Shown here: positions 51,112 through 60,899 of the stretch, piece by piece
How the letters are laid out: each line of letters begins with the position of its first letter
Position numbering within the stretch: the first letter of the stretch is position 1
Source of the DNA: Candidatus Latescibacterota bacterium
Lineage (GTDB): Bacteria; Latescibacterota; UBA2968
Assembly (NCBI GenBank): GCA_965207885.1
Contig: OZ242311.1
Coordinates: 2,624,001-2,688,000 of the forward strand
Reading direction: 5' to 3'
DNA: 64,000 nt
Translations under genes and position numbers: made by a program
Notes under the pieces: model-generated
Databases searched by the model: none
Seen by the model: the letters and a program-made list of their open reading frames with translations, nothing else
What the model was told of the DNA's origin: nothing

Positions 51112-51426
51112 ATGATTGACCAAACAATCCTAGACAACATCATCAGTCGTATTGTGGAAGTGGCTGATCCCGAGCGGATTATCCTTTTTGGGTCTGCTGC
51201 CCGAGGTGACATGAACCGCCATAGCGATGTCGATCTGCTCGTTATCGCGGATGTCGATGATCGCCTCGCCGCAATGGCGCAAATTCACCGGAGATTGCGC
51301 GGAAGGCATCTGGCAGTTGATGTGATCGTGGTTACGCCAGCAGATGTCGCCCGATACGGCAAGAGCCATGCCTTAATCATTAAGCCGGCATTGCAGGAAG
51401 GAAAGGTGGTGTATGAAGCAGCCTGA
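51112..51426 (+). CDS. Minimal nucleotidyltransferase (MNT antitoxin)
   Basis: IILFGSAARG.....SDVDLLVI; 104 aa; RBS aagga. Confidence 0.9.
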   Translation: MIDQTILDNIISRIVEVADPERIILFGSAARGDMNRHSDVDLLVIADVDDRLAAMAQIHRRLRGRHLAVDVIVVTPADVARYGKSHALIIKPALQEGKVVYEAA

Positions 51427-51496
51427 ACGCTTTCCACCGGACGACCCGCGCGAGTGGATCAATCGTGCCCGGAGCTACCTTTTTACAGAACTTTAA
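51413..51496 (+). pseudogene. Truncated HEPN toxin N-terminus
   Basis: MKQPERFPPDDPREWINRARS overlaps the MNT stop codon, then ends after 27 aa. Confidence 0.72.
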
Positions 51497-51518
51497 GGAC
51501 GCTATCGTCTGGCAAAAA

Positions 51519-51562
51519 GAAAACGGGTAAAGAATGTTATAATTCTCTACCCGTTCTTTTTT
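51519..51562 (+). terminator. Rho-independent terminator
   Basis: AACGGGTA..AGAAT/ATTCT..TACCCGTT stem followed by CTTTTTT. Confidence 0.65.
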
Positions 51563-51726
51563 ATTAAACCGATACCCTCACGTCAATCAGGGATCAACTC
51601 AATATTGAGCCGACAGCCTACGGTCACATTATATTTCGCCAATAATATCCTTGACCCTACATACACCATACTCGCTTATCTTCCAGGTCAATCCAAGTCG
51701 TGCACCGATCTTTATCGGTGCATTAC

Positions 51727-52629
51727 TCAGTTCGGCGCTTGCGCAAAAGAGGCGATAGATGACGTGTACGCATGGCCTCCTGCCAGTCTTCGCTTCTCGA
51801 GACTACTACGAAGTTCATCATACTCCCAATTCCCGCTCTCGGCCTCCTCACGCCACTTCATGTTGTATGTCTCTCGCTTGCAAACGTCCAGGTGTTTCGG
51901 GGCCAGCGTGAGCCACGTCTTCCCTGAAGTAACACTTCCGAAGCCGTTAAAGCATGGGGAGTGCAGGTAGAGCAAGTTCTTCGCCAGGTACGTCAGATAG
52001 TCTTCTGAGCTATACCTGGCTCCATTGTAACTCAGTTCGTTGTTGCAGAAGATGGTTTTGTGTCGGCAAAGTCGGTCCCTGGTCTCCCATGGGCTCAGGA
52101 TCAGTCCTTCAGAGTCACATAGAAACGCATTGTACGAGGGGTCAACCATCACCCACTTCGAGCGAGAATTACACCAAACCACCGTAACTACATGATTGTC
52201 ATAGTCGTATGGATTCAGAGGATTCAGAGACACTATTCGGCTCTGCAACCCCAGAGATAGGCAGGCCTCTGTTAGCACGATAGACAGCATGTAGCAGTTG
52301 ATGCCATAGTCCTCACCTTTGCCAAACGAATAGCTCAGAAGTCCCGAAGCGTTCATGGGCAGTGCTTTGCAGACCTCGGGCAGCGCTTTGCTTATGTCAC
52401 CTCTGTGGCATATGCCTTCAGACATCCACTGCATTAAGTTCAGGATTTTAGACCAGTCATCTCCACCTCCTGCAACCTGATCAAGTCTATATGCTTCGCG
52501 CAGACGCTCGAGTTCAGGATGGGAGAGTTCATATTGGAAGCCAGGTGCCAATTCGTCTGGTAAGGAATCAAACTCGTCAAACAAGCGTAAGAGCCCGCAG
52601 TTTAGTCTAAACTGATAATTCATCGTCAC
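51727..52629 (-). CDS. Transglutaminase-like domain protein
   Basis: Cys-His-Asp triad: GINC, HVVTVVW, KWVMVDPS. Confidence 0.82.
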   Translation of the reverse strand: MTMNYQFRLNCGLLRLFDEFDSLPDELAPGFQYELSHPELERLREAYRLDQVAGGGDDWSKILNLMQWMSEGICHRGDISKALPEVCKALPMNASGLLSYSFGKGEDYGINCYMLSIVLTEACLSLGLQSRIVSLNPLNPYDYDNHVVTVVWCNSRSKWVMVDPSYNAFLCDSEGLILSPWETRDRLCRHKTIFCNNELSYNGARYSSEDYLTYLAKNLLYLHSPCFNGFGSVTSGKTWLTLAPKHLDVCKRETYNMKWREEAESGNWEYDELRSSLEKRRLAGGHAYTSSIASFAQAPN

Positions 52630-52858
52630 TACCTCAAGATATGTTGATTCTCTTTTCCCATTTCATATATCTACGTTATTCACGCACCAGTTCAGTAAAT
52701 ATACAGGTACTAAACGAAAGTGTGCAATCGTATTTTCGGAGAAGGAATTTGTAAACGGGGGCTTAAAGACCTAAGATAGAATCAATCTTTTGGATCCTCG
52801 CATTGAGACATTTTGAAGGGATTAAATTTTGCAATAATCTTTATACGCCAAAATGCCA

Positions 52859-52887
52859 TTGCAAACCCCTGTTTTTTCGACTAAATT
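52859..52887 (+). promoter_or_regulatory. Putative sigma70 promoter for the AAA remnant and the PhyH run
   Basis: TTGCAA-N17-TAAATT. Confidence 0.35.
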
Positions 52888-52925
52888 GCAGATAATTGTA
52901 AATATCGAAAGACAAGGTGCATAAT

Positions 52926-53060
52926 ATGACCAAACACAGACTGCCCATCGGCATTCAGACCTTCCGCAAAATTCGGGAGGAAAACTGCTACTATGTCGAT
53001 AAAACTGCCCACATTCGGCGGCTGATTGACGAGGGTAAGCACTACTTTTTGTCGCGTCCA
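52926..53060 (+). pseudogene. N-terminal remnant of an AAA-ATPase-like (PF09820-type) protein
   Basis: LPIGIQTFRKIREENCYYVDKT...YFLSRP breaks off just before the expected RRFGKS Walker A. Confidence 0.85.
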
Positions 53061-53074
53061 CATGTCATCCTGTT

Positions 53075-53893
53075 CAGGGATACTACACTGGAGGAGTACA
53101 GGTTATGGGACAAGCATTGACGGAGCGTGAAATCGAAGCCGTCGTCCGGGAGGTTACAGACGAAGAAGTGGCTTTTTACCACGAATACGGGTGGGTCATG
53201 ATGAAGCAACTCGTGGACTCGGAGTTCGCAACGGAGCTCCTGCACGTGGGGCAAGAGTGGTTGAAACGCAATGACGAAGAGAAAGGCGGCAGACGGTCCG
53301 TCGGCCTGGCGCGGCGGGAAGAGACTGAGCCGTTCCGCTCGTTCATGTTCAGCGAGCGCATGTCAAAGAACGCAACACGACTCGTGAACAGGAAGCGGCT
53401 CAAGGGTGTAGATATCCCACTTCGCTATCGCATCGACATCCTCCAACACAAGCCCCCGGGGGCAGGCGGAGCCACTTATCATCAGGACTCGTCAGAGCAC
53501 GGCTCTGATCGCGTGGGCGAGCTCCAGTTCTGGCTTGCACTGGTGGAAGTGCCACCGGAGATGAGTGCCATGCGATTCGTCAGCCGCTCACATCGCGAAG
53601 GACCGCTTGGCTCGGTATTCAAAGATGACCGGGGCAACCTGCTTGAGCAGTACCCAAATCTGACGTCTGTGCTGGAGCTTTCTCCTCCGTTCCATTACCA
53701 GCCGGGTGACTGCACTGTGCATCACGGATACACAGTCCATGGCGGTCCACCCAACAGCACCGACAAGTCGCGCTGGTCATACCTCTTCTCATACTCTCCA
53801 TCCGACACGCGATACTGGAACGGCACCGCAGCCAACTGGGGCAGCGAGCGGAAGCGTTTGAGTGATTCGGATAATCCCACGGTCCATTTTTCC
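53075..53893 (+). repeat. Direct repeat copy 1 (copy 2 at about 56092-56910), covering the leader and PhyH gene
   Basis: Long near-identical nucleotide stretches, including the RBS leader. Confidence 0.9.
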
Positions 53894-53899
53894 GAATAA
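53105..53899 (+). CDS. PhyH-family dioxygenase (paralog A)
   Basis: YHQD, PGDCTVHHG.TVHG..NSTD..R. Confidence 0.88.
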   Translation: MGQALTEREIEAVVREVTDEEVAFYHEYGWVMMKQLVDSEFATELLHVGQEWLKRNDEEKGGRRSVGLARREETEPFRSFMFSERMSKNATRLVNRKRLKGVDIPLRYRIDILQHKPPGAGGATYHQDSSEHGSDRVGELQFWLALVEVPPEMSAMRFVSRSHREGPLGSVFKDDRGNLLEQYPNLTSVLELSPPFHYQPGDCTVHHGYTVHGGPPNSTDKSRWSYLFSYSPSDTRYWNGTAANWGSERKRLSDSDNPTVHFSE

Positions 53900-53916
53900 G
53901 GTTTCAGGGAGTTGAA

Positions 53917-54654
53917 ATGATTTCTGTACAACAATGGGATTTTTTTCAAGAACACGGTTATCTGATCGTTGAAAATGTAATCTCTGTGCAACGATTGGAA
54001 GTGTTGCGAGAGGCCCTGGAAAAGAGATATGATCTGGAGGGCGAAAAGGCAGGGACAGAAGGATCGACCCCTCCGGGCGTTCGCAGGTTGTGCAATCTCA
54101 TTGGTAAAGGCCGCGCCTTCGAAGAGCTGGCAATCGAGCCGATTGCATTAGAAATGGCCAGGCTGGTGATTGGAGAGGATATGCGCTGGCAGGCCATGAA
54201 TTTTCACGATCCCATGCCCGGTGATCCGCGTCCTATTCAGGAAATCCATGCCGATCGATCGTTCTTTAAGAATTGTACTGCATACCTCAATGTGGTGTGG
54301 GCACTTGATGATATGACAGAAGAAAACGGTGCAACTCGCCTTGTGCCGGGATCGCATAAAAAACCCTGGCCCCGAGATGTTCTGGACGATCTCAAAGAGG
54401 CAGTTGCTGGAGAAATCTACGCGACCTGTAAGGCTGGAACTGGCATTTTTTGCCACGGTGATATCTGGCATGGCGCACGTGCAAACCTTTCAAAATCGCC
54501 CAGGCGTGTGATCCATATGGGATACAGTTGTACAAACACTGCGCCTCAATATGAAATTGCAGGCTCTTTGACGCAGGATATTCGCGAGCGGTTGGGCGAG
54601 CATTGTGCGCTTATTCCAGATTCCCTATCGTCATTTGATTTGGAGAAACCCTAA
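53917..54654 (+). CDS. PhyH-family dioxygenase
   Basis: IHAD, ENGATRLVPGSH, WHGA.AN.S..R. Confidence 0.9.
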   Translation: MISVQQWDFFQEHGYLIVENVISVQRLEVLREALEKRYDLEGEKAGTEGSTPPGVRRLCNLIGKGRAFEELAIEPIALEMARLVIGEDMRWQAMNFHDPMPGDPRPIQEIHADRSFFKNCTAYLNVVWALDDMTEENGATRLVPGSHKKPWPRDVLDDLKEAVAGEIYATCKAGTGIFCHGDIWHGARANLSKSPRRVIHMGYSCTNTAPQYEIAGSLTQDIRERLGEHCALIPDSLSSFDLEKP

Positions 54655-54659
54655 ATATT

Positions 54660-56093
54660 ATGGCCAATCAAAAACCATTGAATTTTATATTTTTTCAACC
54701 AGACGAAATGCGAGCCGAAAGTTTGGGCTGTTATGGCCATCCATTGATCAAAACCCCAAATTACGATCGCCTGGCGGCAGAAGGGGTTCGCTTTGACCAA
54801 TGCCATGTGCAAAACGCGCAATGTACGCCTTCCAGAGTTTCGATGATGACGGGGCTTTATCCCCATTGTGCCGGGCATCGCTCCATGTGGCATCTGATAA
54901 GACCTCACGAACCCCATCTTTTTAAATATCTGTATGAAGCTGGCTACGATATTCACTGGTATGGCAAAAATGATTTACTCGCACGAGATAGTTTGTCTTG
55001 CATAAAAGAATATTATGAACACAAAGATGATAAAAGGAAGAATCGCTGGCAAAGGGGTGACAAGGAATTCTATAGTTTTGATTTTGAGCCTTTGGATTGC
55101 GAAAGGGAAGAGGTCGCTGATTATGTGAAAGTCAAAGCGGGGATCGATTTTCTGAACAATCGCAAAGATGATGACAATCCCTTCTTTTTGTTTTTGCCGC
55201 TTCTACAACCCCATCCAGGTTATACCACCCACCGCGATTTTTATGACATATATGATCCCAGAGATATACCGGACTTGAGACCCGCTGGGCTGGACAAAAA
55301 GCCGGATTTCTACGCGCTCATCAGAAAGTACCGCCGCTTAGATGAATTGTCGGAGGATTTCTTTCGAAAATTGAATGCTGTTTATCTCGGTATGATCAGC
55401 TATACGGACTGGCTGCTGGGGGAGTTGATGACTGTTATGGAGGAGAAGGGGCTTTTTGAAAATACGGTTCTGATCGTTTCGTCTGATCACGGTGACTGGG
55501 CAGGGGACTATGGACTGGTGGAAAAATGGCCAAGTGATTACAGTGATGCGCTGACACGAGTGCCTCTATTGGTAAAAGCTCCCGATAGCAAAGCAGGTCA
55601 TGTGGTGGAAGGTCCGGTTGAGATGTTTGATCTCATGCCATCTGTTATGGAACTGGCGGGTCTTTCTCCTGAACACACCCATTTCGCCAGGTCCTTTGTG
55701 CCCCAACTCCAGGGTGAAGCGGAAGATAAGGATCGATTGGTATTTGCGGAAGGGGGCTATGAGATTCAAGAGCCTCATGTATTTGAAGGGCGATGGGACT
55801 GGAGCAATCCCAACAAGGATGGTGTATATTTTCCCAAGGGCAAACTGCAACAAGAAGTGCGCGAAAGTGTTTGCCGTACGGCGATGATCAGGAGTTTGAA
55901 TCACAAGCTCATTCGACGCACAGCCGGTCAGGACGAGTTATACGATCTCAAAAGTGATCCTCGGGAGTTGACGAATTTAATTGATGACCCGGGTATGCGA
56001 GAGACAAGGTTAGATCTGGAAAGGTCTATGCTTGATTGGTTTATGAGAACTTCTGACACCGTCCCCGTCGGAGGAGATCCAAGGGGATTTTGA
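54660..56093 (+). CDS. Sulfatase
   Basis: CTPSR, GKND, SDHGD. Confidence 0.9.
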   Translation: MANQKPLNFIFFQPDEMRAESLGCYGHPLIKTPNYDRLAAEGVRFDQCHVQNAQCTPSRVSMMTGLYPHCAGHRSMWHLIRPHEPHLFKYLYEAGYDIHWYGKNDLLARDSLSCIKEYYEHKDDKRKNRWQRGDKEFYSFDFEPLDCEREEVADYVKVKAGIDFLNNRKDDDNPFFLFLPLLQPHPGYTTHRDFYDIYDPRDIPDLRPAGLDKKPDFYALIRKYRRLDELSEDFFRKLNAVYLGMISYTDWLLGELMTVMEEKGLFENTVLIVSSDHGDWAGDYGLVEKWPSDYSDALTRVPLLVKAPDSKAGHVVEGPVEMFDLMPSVMELAGLSPEHTHFARSFVPQLQGEAEDKDRLVFAEGGYEIQEPHVFEGRWDWSNPNKDGVYFPKGKLQQEVRESVCRTAMIRSLNHKLIRRTAGQDELYDLKSDPRELTNLIDDPGMRETRLDLERSMLDWFMRTSDTVPVGGDPRGF

Positions 56094-56122
56094 GGGAACA
56101 CGACACTGTAGGAGCACGGGTT

Positions 56123-56929
56123 ATGGGACAAGCATTGACAGGGCGCGAGATCGAAGCCGTCGTTCGGGAGGTCACAGACGAAGAAGTGGCTTTCTATCAG
56201 GAGTATGGATGGGTCATGATGAAGCAGCTCGTAGATCCGGAGTTTGTCACGGAGCTTCTAACTGTCGGTCAGGATTGGCTGGAACGCTACGGCGAAGAGA
56301 AGGGCGGCAGACGGGCTGTCGGCCTGGTACTGCAGGAAGAGGCTGAGCCGTTCCGCTCGTTCATGTTTAGCGAACGCATGTCAAAAAACGCGATGCGACT
56401 CGTGAATAGGAAGCGGCTCAAGGGCGTGGATATCCCACTTCGCTATCGCGCTGACGTCATCAGAGAAAAGCCCCCAGGGGCAGCCAGAACCCATTATCAT
56501 CAGGACTCGTCACAGCACGGCTCTGATCGCGTGGGCGAACTCCAGTTCTGGATTGCGCTGGCGGAAGTGACACCGGAGATGAGCGCGATGCGATTTGTCA
56601 GTTGCTCGCATCGCGAAGGACCGCTTGGCTCGATAGGCGGCGATGGCCAAGGCGACCTGCTCGAGCAATTTCCAAATCTGACGTCTGTGCTGGAGCTTTC
56701 TCCACCGTTCCATTACCAGCCTGGTGATTGCACTGTACATCACGGGTACACAGTCCATGGCGCTCCAGTCAACAGCACTGACAGGTCGCGCTGGTCATAC
56801 CTCTTCTCGTATTCGCCTTCCGACACGCGATACTGGAACGGCACCGCAGCCAACTGGGGCAACGCGCGGAAGCATCTGAGTGACGCGGATAATCCAACGG
56901 TCTATTTTCCAGATTCAGACGAGGTATAA
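56123..56929 (+). CDS. PhyH-family dioxygenase (paralog B of 53105-53899)
   Basis: Near-identical to paralog A; start at MGQALT. Confidence 0.88.
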   Translation: MGQALTGREIEAVVREVTDEEVAFYQEYGWVMMKQLVDPEFVTELLTVGQDWLERYGEEKGGRRAVGLVLQEEAEPFRSFMFSERMSKNAMRLVNRKRLKGVDIPLRYRADVIREKPPGAARTHYHQDSSQHGSDRVGELQFWIALAEVTPEMSAMRFVSCSHREGPLGSIGGDGQGDLLEQFPNLTSVLELSPPFHYQPGDCTVHHGYTVHGAPVNSTDRSRWSYLFSYSPSDTRYWNGTAANWGNARKHLSDADNPTVYFPDSDEV

Positions 56930-56960
56930 CCTCAATGTTTCTAAATGAAAAGGAGCAACA

Positions 56961-57707
56961 ATGTCAATTGAGCAATTACAACAGTATGGTTTAACCGGCC
57001 CTTTTGAGTTGGCAGACAAATCCCTCGTCGATGCCGTATGTGAGGTCGGGATAGAACTACAAGCGCTACAACGCCAGGAAAATATCGTGCGCCGGTTGGC
57101 AGGACAAGAACCCCAATTTAGAACGAAGATCGATAGACACATGGAATTCAAGGCGATGAGAGACCTCTGTCTCGATGACAATGTGAAGTCCGTGGTGTCC
57201 GAACATTTCGGCAATGATCTTTTCATTTGGGGTAGCGTCTTTCAATTGAAATCTGAAGGCGTGTCAGAAAATATATGGCACCACGATCGCGCATACGAAA
57301 ACGGTCGCGATCAAGTCAATCTCTATGACACCACCAATCATTTTTCTATTCTATTTGCGTTGACCGACATTGGGTACGGTGCTGGCCGCATCGAATATGT
57401 GAAGGGATCTCATCAACCCATTGATGGGTGGAACAGAGATATGCGATTTGTAAAAGAAGTGCCAGAACTCGTCCATGATAGGATCGGCACACTCACAATG
57501 GAAAGAGGCCAGTTCACGGTGTTTCATTCTCAAATCATGCATCGCAGCCTGCCTTTTGAGTATGGCGAGCCAAGAATCTCATTGGCCGTCAGACTTGCGA
57601 GGAAGGGCACAGAAATCCCCGATTATTATCCACAAAATCCAAATCCAGCCGCAGACACACAAGGGATCGCCCGTTTCAATCCGTCCGCGACATTTTCTTT
57701 TGACTAA
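56961..57707 (+). CDS. PhyH-family dioxygenase
   Basis: WHHD, KGSH, MHRS.P....R. Confidence 0.85.
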   Translation: MSIEQLQQYGLTGPFELADKSLVDAVCEVGIELQALQRQENIVRRLAGQEPQFRTKIDRHMEFKAMRDLCLDDNVKSVVSEHFGNDLFIWGSVFQLKSEGVSENIWHHDRAYENGRDQVNLYDTTNHFSILFALTDIGYGAGRIEYVKGSHQPIDGWNRDMRFVKEVPELVHDRIGTLTMERGQFTVFHSQIMHRSLPFEYGEPRISLAVRLARKGTEIPDYYPQNPNPAADTQGIARFNPSATFSFD

Positions 57708-57764
57708 GGTGTATGGGATCTACAGGAGCGAACCTTTGAGATCCAAACCAGAGAGAGGCCAGTT

Positions 57765-58907
57765 ATGAAACACACAGGCTCAGACCATCCTGTCGAACTC
57801 ACCCTTGAGCAAAAACGAACTTTCTATCGGGATGGATTCATTATTCTCAAAAACATCGTACCCAAAGAGCTGACCCACCGTGCCCGACGACTGGTCAATA
57901 TCACCGCAGGTCAAATTGTGAATGGTACGATGGATGCGCCCAAAAGAAGAAATCGCTTCGTCGGCAGCGAAGACATCATCACAGATCTCATTAACAAAAC
58001 GGCGCTAACCGAAGTGCTCACCAACACCATGGGGCCATTTGATCCTCCGACAAATGGCTTTGCGCCGATTCTGTATCCGCGCGAGCCAACCAGAGAAATC
58101 GGCATCCACGGCCTGCCGGATGATGAAGTGCCCAATCATGCATTTTTTCCGCATCTGGACGGCCAGTGGACGGGACCCATTCCCAAAGCGGCGGACGAAG
58201 TAGATGATTGGTACGCGCCCAAAACACCGCACTTTGGTGATCGCAGTGCCAGCGTGATCGGGATAAACGGTTCGCCTTTGTTTCAGGACCCGGATTGCAT
58301 GCTCTCCATCGGTAGCTTTACCACATTCGTCGGCGTGGTCCTGAGCGACCAATCCAAATTTGGCTACGGCAACTTTGCCGTCCTCCGCGGTGCCCATCAT
58401 CACACAGCCGAATTCTTTCGCCGGCAACGCGCCCAGGGCGGCGTCATCGGCCCCGAAGGCCATGATTGGCCGCGTTTAAAACGCGTTGGCGATAAGGGTG
58501 TGGGTATTAATTACATGCCGGAATGGATCGCTAATCATTATCGAGAAGGCGCAGAATACACACCCGATGGTCTCATGTGGCCGGAGCCTACACCCTTGCT
58601 CGTTGAAGAGGGCGATGCCTTTATTACGGCTCACGGTATCCCACATTGTGGCACCCGCAACGACATGGGTGCCGACCCTCGTATTAGTGCCTATTTTCGG
58701 CTGCGTCGCCATCGTCCGGGAGGGGCAAAAGTGCGAGGAGACAGCGATCACCCCGACCGCGGTTGGGAAGGCGAATTTCTCGAATATTCCGATGGGTATA
58801 ATCCCTGGCAGGTCGCAATCGATAAATTGTGCGATCCCTGGAGTGAATGGGACGGCATGCAAGAAGTCGTTGCCGAGGCAAGGGGTTTGGGAGATCAAAA
58901 TAACTAA
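57765..58907 (+). CDS. PhyH-like dioxygenase with insertions
   Basis: LT.EQK..F..DGF, PHLDG, GNF.V..G.H, GDA, PH...RN. Confidence 0.72.
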   Translation: MKHTGSDHPVELTLEQKRTFYRDGFIILKNIVPKELTHRARRLVNITAGQIVNGTMDAPKRRNRFVGSEDIITDLINKTALTEVLTNTMGPFDPPTNGFAPILYPREPTREIGIHGLPDDEVPNHAFFPHLDGQWTGPIPKAADEVDDWYAPKTPHFGDRSASVIGINGSPLFQDPDCMLSIGSFTTFVGVVLSDQSKFGYGNFAVLRGAHHHTAEFFRRQRAQGGVIGPEGHDWPRLKRVGDKGVGINYMPEWIANHYREGAEYTPDGLMWPEPTPLLVEEGDAFITAHGIPHCGTRNDMGADPRISAYFRLRRHRPGGAKVRGDSDHPDRGWEGEFLEYSDGYNPWQVAIDKLCDPWSEWDGMQEVVAEARGLGDQNN

Positions 58908-58929
58908 CTGTGCGACAAAGGAGTGCCAC

Positions 58930-60114
58930 ATGCCCCCAACTCAGACATTTGAAGAGCGCGTCGTTCGCGTGGAGAAACCTTCCGCTCACTTCGCGCTGTT
59001 GAGAAATGAAAAGGGTGATTTTCTGGGCGTATCGGAAGGCGAGACAGCCGTCTTTGACCACGCCGACGACAAAGCGATCTGGAAAGAAGAAGGCGACACC
59101 TGTCGCCACGTGGTGTCGGGCCTGACTCTCGATGTGTCTGCGGCGAATGACGAAGGCGTACATCTCGCTCTGAATGGGAAATCACTGGGCGAAGACGGCT
59201 CCGAATCGTCCGTGCCAGGGCGTTTTCAGCCGGGTCACGGCCCTGCCCATCTTCCGTCCGAATACCTCCAGCAAATCCGCGAGAACGGATGGGTCTGCCT
59301 TCCGAGCATTTTGTCTCCCCACGCGACCGAAGAACTACAAAGGGCGAGTTGCACTGGCAAGTGGAACCATGAAGAATTAGACAGAAGTCTGCCGACCCTC
59401 ACGCAGTCTGTGGAAGTGTCGAGAGCCGCAACCGAGCCCGTATCTCTCTGGGTGATGCGGGAGTATATGCAGTGTCGGGAAATTCGGCTGGCGCACAGGC
59501 CCGGTTTTGCCGTCGTGGCTCCGGATGACGGTGAACGCCGGGTGGGGGGGTGGCATTCGGATTATCCCTACCTCTGGGGGATTGCCAGGAATTCCTCCGA
59601 TGGAAATCGGATTGTACCGCACAATGCGCTGAATCTCGTGCTTGGCGTTCAGCGAAATTTATGTGTGACCGAATTTAAGAGTGAAAACGGCGCAACCTGT
59701 TTCAAACTCGGATCGCATACGTTTGGGCAAGGACCGCCTCCAGAATGGGGGAGTGGGAATACGTACAGGGAGGAGGGATCTCGTCAGGCAAGGGGTCTCC
59801 CCTATACAGGCTCCGAAGCAGACGTCGTCGAGGCGCCGGCGGGCAGCTACGTCATCTATGATGCCCGAACCTGGCATCGAGCAGGTGTGAACCGCACGGA
59901 CAAAAAGCGGGCGGCGATGCTTCAGTCCGTCGTTCCTATGTACATCATGCCTTTTATGGAGACCGCTCGTCCCTACAAGGAGTTCCTTTCAAGCCCTCTG
60001 GCGAGTCAACTTACGGAGCGGGAGCATATCGAGTTGGAAAGTCTCCTGGTAAGCCGAATTGATGGGCCTCAAGGGCGTTTGGCGATCACCATGGATGAGG
60101 AGCTTTCCAGATGA
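58930..60114 (+). CDS. PhyH-family dioxygenase with an extra N-terminal domain of about 100 aa
   Basis: WHSD, ENGAT...GSH, WHRAG.N....R; RBS aaggag before the ATG at 58930. Confidence 0.82.
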   Translation: MPPTQTFEERVVRVEKPSAHFALLRNEKGDFLGVSEGETAVFDHADDKAIWKEEGDTCRHVVSGLTLDVSAANDEGVHLALNGKSLGEDGSESSVPGRFQPGHGPAHLPSEYLQQIRENGWVCLPSILSPHATEELQRASCTGKWNHEELDRSLPTLTQSVEVSRAATEPVSLWVMREYMQCREIRLAHRPGFAVVAPDDGERRVGGWHSDYPYLWGIARNSSDGNRIVPHNALNLVLGVQRNLCVTEFKSENGATCFKLGSHTFGQGPPPEWGSGNTYREEGSRQARGLPYTGSEADVVEAPAGSYVIYDARTWHRAGVNRTDKKRAAMLQSVVPMYIMPFMETARPYKEFLSSPLASQLTEREHIELESLLVSRIDGPQGRLAITMDEELSR

Positions 60115-60875
60115 ACGAATACAAGACGCATTTTGATACCCCGGAAGATGCTTACTTCGGCTTTTTTGAAGCCGACGCCTCCCAAAATGGAGATGCCTGG
60201 GCTGCCGTGATGAGCTATCCCCATGTCCGCGTTGACGCATCGGGGCGGACCGCCTACTACGATACGGCACGGGATTACGCGGATAATGCCGACTGGACCT
60301 CAAGGGTAGCGACGGGTTGGGTCCTGACGAGGGGGCGAGAACCCGTCCGGCTGCACGAATCTCCCAACAAGGTCCACCTGGTAGGCGGGTGGACGCGATA
60401 CAATGCAGACGATGATCCCATCCTGTGGAATCGCGTCACTTATATTGTCACCAAACCCGCTGATTCGTGGGGGATCCAGGCGCGGTTTGCACTCGGTACT
60501 TATTACGACGGGCGTGACGACGAAACAGCTATCGTCCAGGCTACCGAAGCGGCAATTGGTCAGGTGCGACGCTATTGCGATGCGCTGGAGAAAAGCGATG
60601 GCGATGCTTGCGCCAGCCTCTGTCGTTTTCCGCTGATTGAGGTCGGCGTTGGCGCAGTAACACGGATCGAAGATGGCACCAAACTGGCGCAACAGGTCAA
60701 CGAAAGAACCATATCGGTCAGCAATATAGAGGTCGAGGCAGCACAATCCGGTCCCAAGGGCGTCCTTGTGGCAGTGACGGCTGACGATGTCTCTGGCAAC
60801 AGCGAGGAATCCATCGTGGTGGTCAGCAGATCGGCTGACGCATGGCAGATCGCTGGCATTTCGAAAATGTTGTAA
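60111..60875 (+). CDS. Hypothetical protein, probably tandem NTF2/SnoaL-like domains
   Basis: ATGA overlap; two similar halves (A.MSYPHV / A.LCRFPLI) ending in WGI / WQI. Confidence 0.55.
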   Translation: MNEYKTHFDTPEDAYFGFFEADASQNGDAWAAVMSYPHVRVDASGRTAYYDTARDYADNADWTSRVATGWVLTRGREPVRLHESPNKVHLVGGWTRYNADDDPILWNRVTYIVTKPADSWGIQARFALGTYYDGRDDETAIVQATEAAIGQVRRYCDALEKSDGDACASLCRFPLIEVGVGAVTRIEDGTKLAQQVNERTISVSNIEVEAAQSGPKGVLVAVTADDVSGNSEESIVVVSRSADAWQIAGISKML

Positions 60876-60899
60876 AGCCCTGACATAAGGAGGAATATC

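Noticed and set aside
58486-58929. N-terminal extensions given by the ORF track (also for 900-1559, 3620-4252, 12915-14303, 18292-19836, 23800-24729, 40689-42494, 50923-51426)
   Set aside because: Most overlap upstream genes or elements, and downstream ATGs with an RBS or family-typical N-termini fit better.
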